Of a stretch of 64,000 bases of DNA, positions 1 to 13,500 are shown piece after piece (position 1 is the stretch's first letter; each line of letters starts with the position of its first letter). The notes below the pieces were generated by a model. That model saw only the letters and a program-made list of their open reading frames with translations, did no database searches and had not been told where the DNA came from. Where the stretch lies: NCBI GenBank assembly GCA_020891255.1, contig BQFW01000009.1:310001-374000 (forward strand). Direction: 5' to 3'. Both the position numbers and the translations under genes were made by a program. The DNA is from Entomortierella parvispora E1425. Taxonomy: Eukaryota; Fungi; Mortierellomycota.

Positions 1-2113
1 TCTATCCGCTGCTGTGGATCTAGTTGGAGCAAAAGTTCCGAAGGGCGTGGTTTTACTCGCGGATATTACTCCCTCGTTAACCATCAAGTTAATTGCCCCC
101 TATTTCATTCACCGTGTCCCATATACTGCCCGGGTGGTCTTCTGCGCCTCACTCTCCTTTAGCGCGGTAGCGGTAAGTGGAGCGAAATACAACAAATAGG
201 TAAAATATTATTAATACCATTAGCAATAACTCAGGCTAATCCCAAAGACATCCTAGCTAATCGCCAATGCAGATACAATCTTTATACGACTTGTCGGGGT
301 AATGATGGCGTCGTTGAGCTCCGGGCTGGGTGAGCTGACATTTTTGATGTTAAGTTCGTTCTATCGGTTGCAGATGGTGTCCGCCTGGTCGAGCGGCACA
401 GGAGGCGCTGGACTTTTGGGTTCACTCCTTTTCTTGGCATTGACCTCCTGGTTCGGTTTGACAGTTACAAGGACGCTGGCTGTTGTAGCGGTATGATCAA
501 ATCGGTGCTGGTCCCGATGCTAAGATTGTTGCTCATGTGGTAATGGCGCTAACATAGCAGGTCCGTCTTACATTCTCGCTTTAGATATTTCCGGTGACAA
601 TGCTAGTGGCGTATTTTTTTATCCTGACAAGTCCTTCGGACATCAGCAGTTTCCGGTCCGCTGGATATGAGCCGGTGGCAACATTCCATAGTCATCAATC
701 TGGTTCTGCAGGAGGTGATTCAAACTCGCCCAGGAATCGCTCATCTTCTGAGCCAGGACCATCACTGCTTGCAGAAGTACGTCAAAATCACAGTCTCAGT
801 CAAGAATTGACCCGAAATTGGCAGGATGGATATCAGGGTCCTCAACACTCGGGCGAGTCGGTAACTCACCTTCAGGCGCCTTCAAGCCAGAGTTCGTCGT
901 CTTCAAACTCAATGACTGCAGTGTCACCGTTGGTTGCCACGGATCAGCTACCTTCGGAAGCTGGACATGCCACTTTGGGACTGCCATCGACAACTCCTTC
1001 GTGGAATACCTCCTCTTGGGATACCCCCTCATGGGATATCGCCACTTGGGAAGTACCACAGCATCACACAGAGCCAACATCAATCAATACCTTACTCGCC
1101 GCCACTGATCCAGACGATCCAGACTTCGTGCCGCCATTTAGAGAGACCGAAGAAGGTGTTGATTCTCGCACGAGGAGAATCTACAGGACTCAGCCGGATG
1201 AGGCTTTATCATTGCGTGAAAAGCTGTTGTTGGCGCGAAGTCTGTTGATTCCGTTTATGGTTCCATTATTTCTCGTTTATTTCGCGTAAGTTAAGAATAT
1301 TTATTTCCAATCCTTCTAATTGCAGTGACATTTGACTAACTCAGACCAACTCCTCTTTGCCAACTAATAGTGAGTACACCATGAATCAAGGAGTATTGCC
1401 AGTTATTCTGTTTCCGATTGAAAAGACTCCATTCCACCATCTTCGCGATGTAAGATCCACCAGAGCTATTTAATTCTTATTGTGGATGAAAGAAAGAGCT
1501 GTTACAACTTTTGAATTGCATTTTAATTGATACACATTGTTTTGGAGACTAGCATTACGTGACTTATGCGGCACTATATCAGGTACATATCCCGATGCTG
1601 TGGCATATTGACTCTAAGTAGTGTAGTCTAAATCCCAAAAACACTATTCCGATTAACACATGGATTAACTTGTAGGTTGGCGTGTTCATTAGTCGGTCAT
1701 CTGCCTCGTACATCCGAATCTCTCGACTTTGGGTCCCATCATTCCTGCAACTGTTGACACTTTTAGTCGCCACTGCTCAGGCATTATTGGTGTCTTCAGA
1801 CACATCCATAGATGCATCTGGCGTAGCGTTTCAAAAGGCACCAGTGCCCCTCCCTTCCATCTATTTCGTCTTTGTCCTCATCCTGTGGGAGGGGTTATTG
1901 GGCGGTACAACCTATGTGCAGACATATATGGGAATATCTCGAGATTATGAGCATGACCCCAAGGGTAAAGAGTTTGCATTGGGTGTTGTAGGTGTGGCAG
2001 ATGGGCTGGGCATCATGATTGCAGGTGTAGCGAGCCTGTGGATCGAACCAGCACTCTGCCGGTGGCAGGTTATTGAAAGAGGTGTAGACTTGTGTTTGGC
2101 CATGGCTGATTAG
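1..2113 (+). CDS. BTN1: Battenin/CLN3 family vacuolar membrane protein, multi-exon, 5' end outside window
   Basis: Exons give [45 protein letters not shown]|[24 protein letters not shown] and [15 protein letters not shown], which are CLN3/Btn1 motifs. GT-AG introns are present. Confidence 0.93.
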
Positions 2114-2177
2114 CAAATCTTTAAAAATATATTACGAGTCTTTACTTCTTATATTATGTCGTGAATGTCTGTCATGG

Positions 2178-3911
2178 TTATTTCTTGCGTGCCGATTGAA
2201 CAATGCTCTCTGCGAGGGCCAAGACTGTTCCAGCACCCGAAGTTGCCAACCCTAAACTTTGGGGGACATAGCGGAAGACCTCTGAGATATACTTGCATCC
2301 GCTCCAAAGACCTCCTGTTCCCGTTCTTCCAGCCCCACCTGCTACTCCAAGGACAGATCTCAAGCCCGCAGAATGACCCAAGAGATAAGTCAATGCAAAC
2401 TTGAATACAAAATAGGAGAGTCCCGAGGTTGTTCTTTTAGCCAATAGTCCCGTTAAATGTTGATCTGAGGAGGAAGAGGAGGATGAAGAAGTGGCCGAAT
2501 GAGAGGAGCGGTCGACATTGAAAAGCTGACTGAGCAAGGTGGGCAAAAGGAAGAGCGTTCCATAGTAAGAAAAGAAGGGCTGCAGGAAATGGGGCCAGTT
2601 GGTCAAAAAGCTTAGGCAGTGAGGAACCCAACAGGATGTGAAGTAAGAGCTGATCCAAGAGGGTAGCCAATCATGAAAATGCCCCTCTGCAGAAAGCAGG
2701 CCATGGCCATGCTCGTGTGCCGCATTATGATGGTGCTGGTGAAAATATGAATAAGCTTGAGAGAAAAAGACACCAAGTTCTAGCAGGAACGTGAGCCAGA
2801 CAAGGCCCTTGCTGGTCGATCCAAGCTATTGGCCGGAAAAAGTATCGAGACCAAAAAAAAAAAGTCAGAACATAGACCGATTGTGAGGTCTAGCAATCGT
2901 TTTTCCTTTGAGTATATTGACTTACATCCTGCAACCGTTTCCATTTCTTTTGCATGCAGGCCGAGAGCCCAGAAGCACCTCCATGGCGACTGCCAGATAG
3001 ACAGCGCGAGAGACGATGCTGAAGCGTGCCAGAGAGATGATGCCACCATGCCCCAATGCCTCCCGCACCATGATGACTGCGATGATGGCTACCGTGTTCG
3101 CGATGATGCGATTCGTGAGCATCATGGTCATGCTTGCTACTATGCGATCCGCGACGTCGAGATGCATGTCCAGTTGCACCCTGTTCATCCCCTCCACGGG
3201 AGCTCTTACGGAAGTCCGCGGCACGATGCTCCAAGTGCTGTCGAGTGCCATGTTCAGTTTCCTCGGTATGGCGGTGACTATCAACCAAAGAGTGAGTGTG
3301 CTTTGATGTCGATCCCATTCGTCCAGAGGAACGAGTGCCCTTCCCAGAGGACGAGTTTCCTGTCGTGAACTTTGCGTGCAAAGTCTCTTCCAGTTGCTTG
3401 GCCAAGTCCTTTGCATCATGCAACTCATCCTGCATATGATCTATGAAATTGCTCACTTGGTGCTCTGACAATCCATGACTGTAGTTGGAATGTGAGGTCG
3501 TGCTCGACTTTCCTCCGCTCGTCTTGGTAGTGGTTGTTTCGGTGATGGTGATTTTCTTACGGGGGGAGGATTTGGTAGAGGTCGTTGTGGTGGGCACGTT
3601 CTCAAGAGAGGATCGACGACTGTTGCCGGCTGAACGGTCAGGAGTTTCCTCACGTAACAGTGCAGAAAGAGAGGAGTCTCCCGAAGAAGAGATGTGGTTT
3701 CTATTCAAAAAAAAAAAAAAAAAAAGGTGAGGGGTTCTTGGTTAATAAGAGTTGGATTTTTCGTAGCCAGAACTGTGGCGCTGGCTGAAGTCTAATCGTA
3801 CTTGATGCGCTCAACAAGATCCTCACGAGTGCCATCGTCGGCAATGCCCAGGCTTTGGGCCACGTCCTTAAGCTCTTGCTTTCTGCGTCGACTGAGGGCG
3901 GGGGTCGACAT
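2178..3911 (-). CDS. Hypothetical membrane protein: N-terminal SAP/HeH-like helix pair, His-rich middle, C-terminal hydrophobic helices
   Basis: ATG at 3911 (MSTPALSRRRKQELKDVAQSLGIADDGTREDLVERIK). GT-AG introns link it to ORF 2890-3708 and then to the frame of ORF 2178-2606 (LTFLLELGVFF...FLQPFFSYYGTLFLLPTLLSQLFNV...SYFVFKFALTYLL). Confidence 0.75.
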
Positions 3912-4572
3912 TGTTGTTGTGATTTAAGTTGAAAGAGTGTCAGTAAGTTGTGGGTGGATTGAAAGAAGTGCGAGAAAAAAACAAAACCGGCGAAGTTTAA
4001 AGAAGCGAGTGACTGTTGTCTACAGGGACCTAGCACTGCAGTGCAATTTCCAACTAGCCCGTCGCGTGTCTTACAAGAATAGGGAATGTCGATCGTATTG
4101 TTACTAATAGTAGCCCTGACCTCTTTTACTTGTTCTTTTGGGATAAAGCTTGACTTGTTCTCTTGGGATATAGCTTGATCATCATTCACCTCTGGCATTG
4201 ACATCCAATCCAGTGAGAGGTCGCTTACCCTGACAATTGTAAAATCAATCCAAAGGCTTAAGTGTAGTAACGGCGCGTTAGATAGATTTGGAAATTAAGG
4301 TCCAGGACACTAAAGGGTCGAGATTTCACATCTGGTCGCCTTCGAAATTGTGCTGAACTCCTACAGACTTCAATTTTTTGGGTCAACCTGATGGAGGTGT
4401 TGTAAAGGTAGCTTTAATAAAGGATGGAGGAGGTCATAGAGATAAGTGAAAACGGCAGTAGCTGGAGGACGGACCATGCCTCGATAAATACTGCAAAGAA
4501 AAAAAGGTGATCTCCTTTTTGTGTAATGTACAAGTTTTATTAAAATCATCCCAAGTGGGATCTATCCTGACT

Positions 4573-7500
4573 TCAGTGAGTCGAAATCAAGCTTTGGTGC
4601 AAAGTCTTCAGCGTCTCAAGTTGCCGCGTGTGGTAAGGGAAGAAGGACACAAAATAGTCCAGGGCCTCAACCTAACAATGCACAATGAAAAAAAAAGATA
4701 AGTTCTTTGTTCGACGCTTTTAAGAATAAACATAGCCAGACGTTCTGTCGAGCGCCAACTTACCCATTTCCGGAGAGACTCTGGCCAGACTCGGATCTTC
4801 TGTGCCTCCCGTCGTCGTCGACCACCTTCCTCACTGCCAATTTCGTTCTCGTCATCCTCATCGTCATCGTCTTGAATAGCACGCAAGTGACCATTATCGG
4901 TTATAATAAACCCAGAAGAGCCAGCAACAGATTCCAAAGCTGACTGTTTCAATGGGTGTTGTTGCGACTGCAATGGCTGATCCTGAGCACTATCCCCTGT
5001 ACGTCCCTCATCACCTCCAGTTGACGCTGCATTCATCATCGCGGTGGGGTTGATTCTTGGGTCTCTTAAATATGCAGGAGACCAGATCTGGAAGATTCTG
5101 TTGCCGAGCAAAGAGCAAAACAACAAGCTCGCCAATTGGAAAAAGTTCTCTCCAGTTTTGATGGTACTGTAGTACACCAGCTGGTCCACCACATAGTGGT
5201 ACTGAAACTCTAGGTCAATCAGCTTGCGCTGGCTCTCTTGCTGTTCCGGAGACAGGTAATGAGGATGGTGTGCAGGAGGATGGTAAATCATTGTCATGGG
5301 TGCCCGTCCAGCAGAGACAGCAGCAGATGCTGGAGCGCTTGGATGATGGTGTTGGAAAGTTCGACCAAGTCCAAGGATGCCTACAGCAGGACCGGAGCTG
5401 GTAGGGGGGGATAGGACAAGGGCTGTTCCTGATGGAGACGACGCAATGGAGCCGCCGACGATATTGGCATTAGATGGAACACCTGACATTCCACTCGTAG
5501 ACGACTGATTCTGTGTGGGTGAAACAGATCCAGAATTGCTGATGCCCAACGGACTAGGTCCTCTCGAGTATTGTGATCTGCTCTGGTGTTGGTAGTAGTG
5601 ATAAGGGTCGGGAGAGAAGAATGTCGAAGAGGCAGCAGACGAGAGGTTCAAGCCACCATAGCCTTGGCTACCTGCTGCAGAGTAATACGAGGACGTAGAC
5701 GAAAACGAAGACGAACTGGAGTTGGTAGGGATCATACCGACTCCTGCCATTCCCCCAGAGCATCCACTGCTGCCCATCATTGTCACCAGCACTGCATTCG
5801 AGTTGAAGTCGCTCAAGAAGTTGACTACATGCTGCTCGATCATTCCAAAAGCGTACGAGCTCTTGTATCCAGAGGAGAGCTGGAAGTTTGAGACATTTCC
5901 AAAACTCAGGCGCACAGGTATCCAGTAGTTCTCCAGAGGTCGGTTACGATTGTAGATGGTAATGTTCTCCTGCACGTACTTTTCCTGTTGTTTTTAGGGT
6001 GAGAAAAAAAAATTAATATCACGCAGCCTCCGTCTGCTGCGGATGTTGTTGTTGAACGACTTTCACAGCAAATGACTTACCCTTCTAAAATTCTCTGCGT
6101 TTCGGAGAAGGGCTTTGACATTGGGTACCACCCGAACTTCATGTGTTTCCTTGCCGTCAACAGTTTTTTCTGGCTCTGGATATTCGAGGTTGAAGTACAT
6201 GGTGTCGTTGACAATCTCATAATCTAAAGGAATATCCAGCAAGTTCGAAATGCCAAGGATTCGATAGTCTTCCCGGAAGGAGATCTTCCATTCATCCCCA
6301 GTCTCTGTCGTATTGGCAGGGGTCTTGCGAGACAGACGACCTACGAGAAAGGATAAAGTTGCTAGTTAGTTACAGTGTCACCTCATGTTAAACGGGCTCG
6401 AGGTTATCTTCTAAGATGACAATAGGCTTACCAACGAACGAAATAGAGTCGTCCCACGTAACACGGACAGCAGGAAGATAGCACTCAGCCTTGAGCAACA
6501 CCACCTGTTGATAGTCCTTGACCAAGCGACAGTTGATGTAAATCTCCACAGTCTTGAGTTCCATTTCATCAGGGTCCCGATATTCTCCATTGTCCAACGC
6601 AGCCTGGATCGCGGCTGAAGGGCGAGGGAAAAATCGGATGTAAACTCGGACATGGTTCTCGGATGGCACCGTCAAAGTCTTGAACAACTTCGCAGAAGTG
6701 CGAGAGGTCGAGAACAATATCTCAGTCGAGTCCGAAGGAGAGAGATTCGATTTGAACTAAAAGAGAAAGGATATGATAAATTGAAGATTAGTAGCCTTTT
6801 TTTTTTTTTTTTTCAAAGATGCAATGCCGGATCTGCTTACCGTAAATTCCATTGGCACAGTCTCCCTGTTGTACACCACCATGCTCCTGGCAGTGTATTC
6901 AGACCCATAGTAGAGGTTCTTCATGTCGATCGAAGAAGAGTTCTTGTTGTCGATACCGTTCACAAACACATCAAACACTCGGTTGTTCGACTCGTTCCCC
7001 CTTGCAGCACGTCTCAGATTCTGACGTGCAACGACCTCCATCGTCACTCGGATCGTCTTTGTGTCGGCCGGATTGTCCACGTTCTCAATCAGCAGATAGG
7101 TAGAAAAGACATTCCGCACATTGGTCGAAAAGTTCAAGGTGATCGTGTGAACTGATGAAGACCCAGACGACGAGGGGTCGTCTGATGGTGGCTCCAACGT
7201 GCCGTCCAAGCGACTAATCTTGATCCAATTCTTGTCCAAATTCGAAATGGTCTTGATACGATAGGAGATACGATCATATCCCGGATTTTCCAGCACCAGC
7301 TTTCTCACCACACTTGTCGGTCCCATGTCCTGTTGACCAAGATCCAGCTCATACCGGCCTCCAGAAGGCTCGCCATTGTCGATTCGTTTACATCCACGCA
7401 AGGAAATGATCGGTTGCATATCGTTCCGATCCGCCTCCACAGCGGCCTCTGGTTGTATCGGAAGAGCTGGTCCGTTGATGGCCAAGACACTGGGCTCCTC

Positions 7501-10500
7501 TTGCAACTTGTTTTGGTGGTGGTGGGGATCTTTGCGTTCATCCTCAAGGATCTGTTTCTGTTTTGGCTTGCGATGTTCTCGGTTGTCGGACACGATGCTG
7601 ATCAAGACTCGCTGTTGTTGCCCAAGATTCGAGTTCAGGTTGCGAATATAGAGTTTGATGTCCTCAGAAATGACCAACCGTGGATCCACCAGCTCTACTG
7701 TCAACTTGAGTTGTTGTCCGGCTTCTACAGTTCCTCGGTTATTGGCATCCAGTGGTGTTACTTTGATAATCTCGCCAGCAGGATACTCCATCGGTCCCTC
7801 CAAAGTCATCTGGAATTCGAGTGGGAAGCTCATGGACAAATTGGAGACAATAATGGAGGCCTGCTGAACATCTGATTCGCCATCGTCAGACATGTCCTTT
7901 GAGGAAGCATATCGGGAAGAGTCAGGGGCAGAGAGCAGCTCGTCATCACTCTCACCCTCATAGTCGGAGGTCTCCAACAAACTCCTAAACACAATCCTCT
8001 GAGTCGAGAGCGAGAACATGGAGCCCTCTACAAGAGTGCCACGGATAGGAATATCCTCTGCGAACCTCTTGGTCGTGGTTTCGTCCTCGCCAGTTGATTT
8101 GGTCGCCAGCCATAGGGTTCCAAATGTCAAACCCTCAGGTGTACAAAGCGCAGAGGTATCGCTGGGCAATCTTGACCCTTCCTTGGGGAATGCTCGAACT
8201 CGCACCTCAATAGAACCTCGAGGACTGAGCGAGATAGTACCCCGAAGAGGAGAGTTGGAAAATCGCGATAAAACATCGAGATGCACGTAGTCCAGCACAT
8301 CCGGTGACAGGTTGGCTCCAATTTCGAATCTGACATCCTCCAACGACTTGTTCGTGATCGTGAACCAAGCATCACAGGGAAGGGCTGAGGCAGGGAGAGG
8401 ATGCGTCAGAGGAGGCAAGATCAGCATTCCATCCTTCAGGCGATCGAAGCCTAACTCAAACTCTGTTAGCACAGCCGTTACACTGAGCAATGATTCATTC
8501 TCGGGGTTGTAGAGATTGAGGAGGCGGATCGGGAACGTTCTGCGTCCAATCTCGTAGTTGTCGATCCTCCTTGGGTTCAGCATCACCTCAATCTTGTCCA
8601 CCATGTTGGAGGGGATCGTCCGCTTTGTACATGGGACCTCCTCCTGCCCACTGCCCTCATCAGATGAAGTCATCTCTGGAGAGTACACAAGATCCATGCA
8701 GTCCTGGAGAATAATTTCATAGTGCAGTGGGATGTCACTAGTGTTCTTGACCTCAAACGTGACCGGAATGGGTTCCCAAGAGTTGTAGTGCCCAATCTTG
8801 CCCACATCGCTTGAAAGCGGCACCACTTCACCGTAGGAGGCACCAAACGTGGATGTCAAGCACAGAACCTTGACCACTTGGTTACCTGACCGGTCAATGA
8901 CCATCAAGTTACCAGTGACTGTAACGCTTTTGCCTGACTGGAGCTGGATAATATCGCTGGAGGGCATTTCAGGCGAGGGACAGGTGACCCAGAGTTGAGC
9001 CGATTCACCTGCACCCACCCGAACCACAGGTCCACAGTACCGGAATCCATCAATATACTGTAATTCCCCTGGGAATCCTTCCGAATCTGTCACCTTGGTT
9101 GAGCCAACCTGCCACAGAGTTTCCACGCCAATGTCGGAGAGTGGTGCAAGTTCCATATCGGCATGGCTGTCATTCACAAACTCGATCCAGCGCTCTTCCA
9201 CCTGAGGTTCCGTTTCACCGTACTTGCTCTGGAAAGTGACATAGGCTGGCGAAGGGTTCTCCTCACTGTCGTGCAGAGACGTATGCACATTCACATAGAC
9301 GTTTTCCCAGGTGAGACTAGGAAGGCTGAGTCCCTCCCGAGGTGCTCCTGGCTTGCCCTCCTGAATTTCTGCCAAAAGGTCAGAGTTCATAGGACAGGCG
9401 TAACCGGGCCCATGTCGTCCAGTTACCAGAATCTTTGGTTCAATAAAAAGCCGGACCTTGATTTCGATTTGCTGGGAGCAGTTGTTCTCGTTCGTGACTA
9501 AAATTGAGTCTGTGAAGAGTCCTGGAGTTGAAGATGTAACTCTGAAACTGATCCACATCCTCGATCTGTCCATGAGAACACTATCCATGCTGTCGGGATC
9601 TACAGGCTCCCGGTCCTCATCCATGCTTCGCCGCACCTTGTCCAGATGGCTCTCATGTGAAGGGGTATCAACATCCCAACCGTCCAGGATGCCTCCTGTC
9701 CGATCGAGAATAATGTTGCCAGAGCGGGACTCAACATGAAAGTCCAACGGCAGGCGGCTTGACATGTTCTGAAGAGTAAACGAGCCATATACGGGTTTTC
9801 CTGGCTCTGGGGTCCATCCCAAGTTCAGCACCGTGTCCGACACTGATAGAATGGATCGGCCAATGATGGACGTGAACTTGACGGTCTGAGACGTGACAGG
9901 GGTGAGAAGTCCATCCGAGGCGTCTGTCGAGTCCAAGGGGCCAGGATCTGTCAAGACTGGCGGCTCCTCAGGTAAAGAGACTGTAAACTTGATGCCTCCC
10001 ATCAGTGTACGACATTCACTATCACGGTCGTTGCCCACACCATTGGGATTAGCGCCGGCACGACGGTTAGAGCTGCCTCGAGCAATACCACCTAACAAGT
10101 TGGGTTGAACAGCCACCCAAACCGTGAGCATGCTCCTCTTCTTCAAAAACGCTCTGGTAACCTGTCCTTTCTCTGCTTGCTCATCCAGGTAGATTCCAAC
10201 CTGCTGCGAGAGATTTGAGGCACAGGCAATATAGACATCGTCGTCCGTGATGTTCTCCACAAGTAGCGGCGTCACCTGGGAGTACTTGCGACCAGTATCA
10301 ACATAGCAATGTCCAAGATCCAGTTTCATAGACTCGTCCAAGGAAGGGAATGCAATGTACTGGGGCCGATGTGAGAAGCATGTGAACTTGAACGGGAACG
10401 AAGTCTTTGTCAATGGATTCACCACAAGAAGTGAGTCGCGCAAACGACCCAGTGCTGATGATGGGTAGCCAAAGCCAATTCGTCTAACTTCCCGTGGCCC

Positions 10501-13500
10501 TAAAACACCCTCCATCGTGCCATCCTCCATAACAAAAAGCGACGACCCTTCTGCATTGAGGTTCAGCTCAATTTTGTAGGGCTGGGGGGCGTCCGATGTA
10601 TTGGACAACTTGAAATAAAAGTTGCCCTTCTGTCCTTGCTCAACCTTTCCGCCATCCAATTCCGAGGGCGAGAGGACTAGGTTTTCAGGGAGTGGGGCGA
10701 TTTCCTTCACCGACTCTAGCACCTTGGTCGACTTGTTGGACGCCTTGTCCTTGTTCTTCTGGACCTTTTCAGGCTTCTCTATCACGGATCCAGTCTTTGG
10801 CGAGTGTTTTCCATCGCCCTCTGGGGAAAGAGGTGCAGGCGACGATGGTTCAGGGCAAGGGGTGGAAAGAACCCCGTTCAGCTGCGCCTTGCATTCCACG
10901 GTGGCAAAAAAAGCAACGTCCCGACAGATATCCCTATTCTTGTGCTCATGAACGTAGATCTTTCCTTGGAGCCGGAGTCGATCCTTTTCCGCAATGCCGT
11001 TCGCAAGCGGCAAATGATCACGAAGGGCCGTAAAGTAGGCCGTGACAGACTTCGTCTTGCCTCCCTCCAATGTGAAAACGATGGAATGATCGGTCTTTTT
11101 GAACTTTGGTACGTCCTTGATGGTCGGAGTGGTTGCTGGAGTCGTTGAAGGAGTGGTCGTCTCCGTTCCCTTGGAGGGGCTATCCAAGCTTGAAGGCACT
11201 CCACCAGAGTCACTCTTTGAAAGTTCCAAGATTTTCTCCTGTGTCGGTGTCGCCTCCTCTGGGTCTACGATGATGGAAGAACAAATATACATTAGATGTG
11301 ATGTTGCATATTCACTTTTATCAGCACCAAGACTCAAGAATACAAAGTCCTTACCAAGCTGAGGCGATTCTGCCTTATCTTCAACACCGCCCTTTCGTAG
11401 GAGACTGAGGCGAGCTGTGACTTTCAGGACCTTGTCCTCGCGACCCTTTCTCTTTGCAATCTTGAGTTTCTGCTCCAAGATCTCGATTTCATCTTCCATT
11501 TCTTTTGTGACAACGGCCTGGCCTGCAGGGTCATCTTCCATAGTGAACTCAATCTGCCCTCCATAGTGAGACTCTGTCGACAGAGGCATCATCTCATGGG
11601 GATCCACGCGAACTTCAAAGGTACGGGTCTGCTTGGTCGAGTTTGTCACAGTGAATCGCTTTGGCTCTGTCTTCTTGCCCACAATGCAAGCCCCAAAATC
11701 GACTTCCTGTGAATCAATAGAAAAGTGCTTAGGCTTGCGGATAATGGCCTTGATACTCAGTGTTCGGCTACTGTCGCGGTCTTGGATGTTTTCGATCGCC
11801 AGCTTCTCATGATAGACTCCCGCAAGTGAAGGCTCAAAGATAAAATCGACCTCCTTCTTGCTATAGCCACGAACAACACCACTTTTGCCTGTGCCTAGAA
11901 CAATGTCTCCAGAGGCAATCGAGCCCGATTTCCTAATATGATAAAGAAGCGGCTCTTTGCTCCTGTTCTGGATCACGATGGTCTTTGTACGCTTTTCACC
12001 CTTGTCCATGATGCCAAAGTTGATGTTGTTCTGACCGAGCTCCATAATACTCCTCACCAGGGAGGACCGCACCATGATCTCCCGCAGGGGGATCTGACTG
12101 AGATCACCATCCAGCAGCGCACGGAATTGGGGGTTGCACGCGACTGTTTCTTGATCAAAGTCAACCAAGCGCAGGAAAATCCTGGCGTCTTGTTTCTTGG
12201 GGATACCCTTGATGTGATCTCTGAAGGTCGAGGAAGGCGTAAAGAGGACAACAAGCTGATGCTCTGTCTCTGGCGGCACGCTTACGACGGAGATGGGGGA
12301 CAGCTCGCCACTGGTTATAGCATTCTGAAGTTCTCGGGCGAGCTTCATTTTTTCCTTGACGTGAAGCTCCTCATCTGAAGCCTTATAGAACAGCATTGAA
12401 GTGGCGGTGGTGCGGCTGCCATCCATTGCAGCGAGGACACTGTCCAAGGAACGTTCGCTCAAGAACGAATTTTCCTTTTTCTGAGCATCACTTGGCGTCT
12501 GATGACTGGAGTCATTCTGGTTCGTCTTTGGGTCCTGTTGACGCGCGCTAGATCTATCCACACTAGGCTCTTGACGTTTGGAGCCGTTTTCCACACTGGT
12601 GGTTCCAGAATTTTGCTGTCCAGCAGCTTGTGATTTCGGGGACCGGGTTAACTCTTGGTTACCGGAGGTGACTCCTTTGTTTTGTCTCTCCAATGCGGAG
12701 GATTTCTTGGGTGAACTGGTGCTCGTCGTGGATTCCAAGAGTTCCTTCATGGTTGGAATCCTTCGAGTGACCTTTTTGGACTCGCGTGGCTTGTTAGTTG
12801 CCAAATCCAAGAACCTGGCGGGCGAGCTTCCAACTGTCTGAGACACATCTCCATGAAAGAGAATGGCTTTGGCCCGCAGGGCGAGGGAAGATGCTAGGGC
12901 AGCACCTCCAATCACAATGGGCGTCCCAGATTCAGATGTTGCAGAAGAGTGGTCGCGTTGGTCGTGTCGTCTCTTCTGCAAACCCGATTTCGCACCGTCT
13001 CCATTGATCGCATGGACATTGACGGACTCTCCCATGGTTGGCGACGCTATAAAAGGCAACATAAAAAATATCACAGCTGTTAGCGTCTATTCCAATCCTC
13101 TAGGTAGGTTGACTCCCTCTGGAAAATAAACAAAAAGGCAAGAAAAACACTTACATCCACGACTGGCAACAGGGGGCTGATCGCCCACGACTGGGGTATT
13201 GTTGCTTATCGTCCATGACGACGGCTCTTTGCCATTCACCAGCATGCCGCTCAACTGGTCCGCATTCAAGTAATGCTGATGCTCACGAGCGCGTTCGTAC
13301 ACGGTGAGCTCACCTACAAGACTGGTGGTGACTTCCAGCGTGAGCCATTTCTTTGTAAAATTAGAGATGGTGAGGGTCCTCAAACTCATACCGCCGACTA
13401 CCACGTTGCCAAAGTCCAGGAAGTTGGAGCCGCCCGGATAGAGCACACGGTAAAACAGAGAATGGAACGTGACCCTGTTCTTGTCAATGTTGGTGGACCG

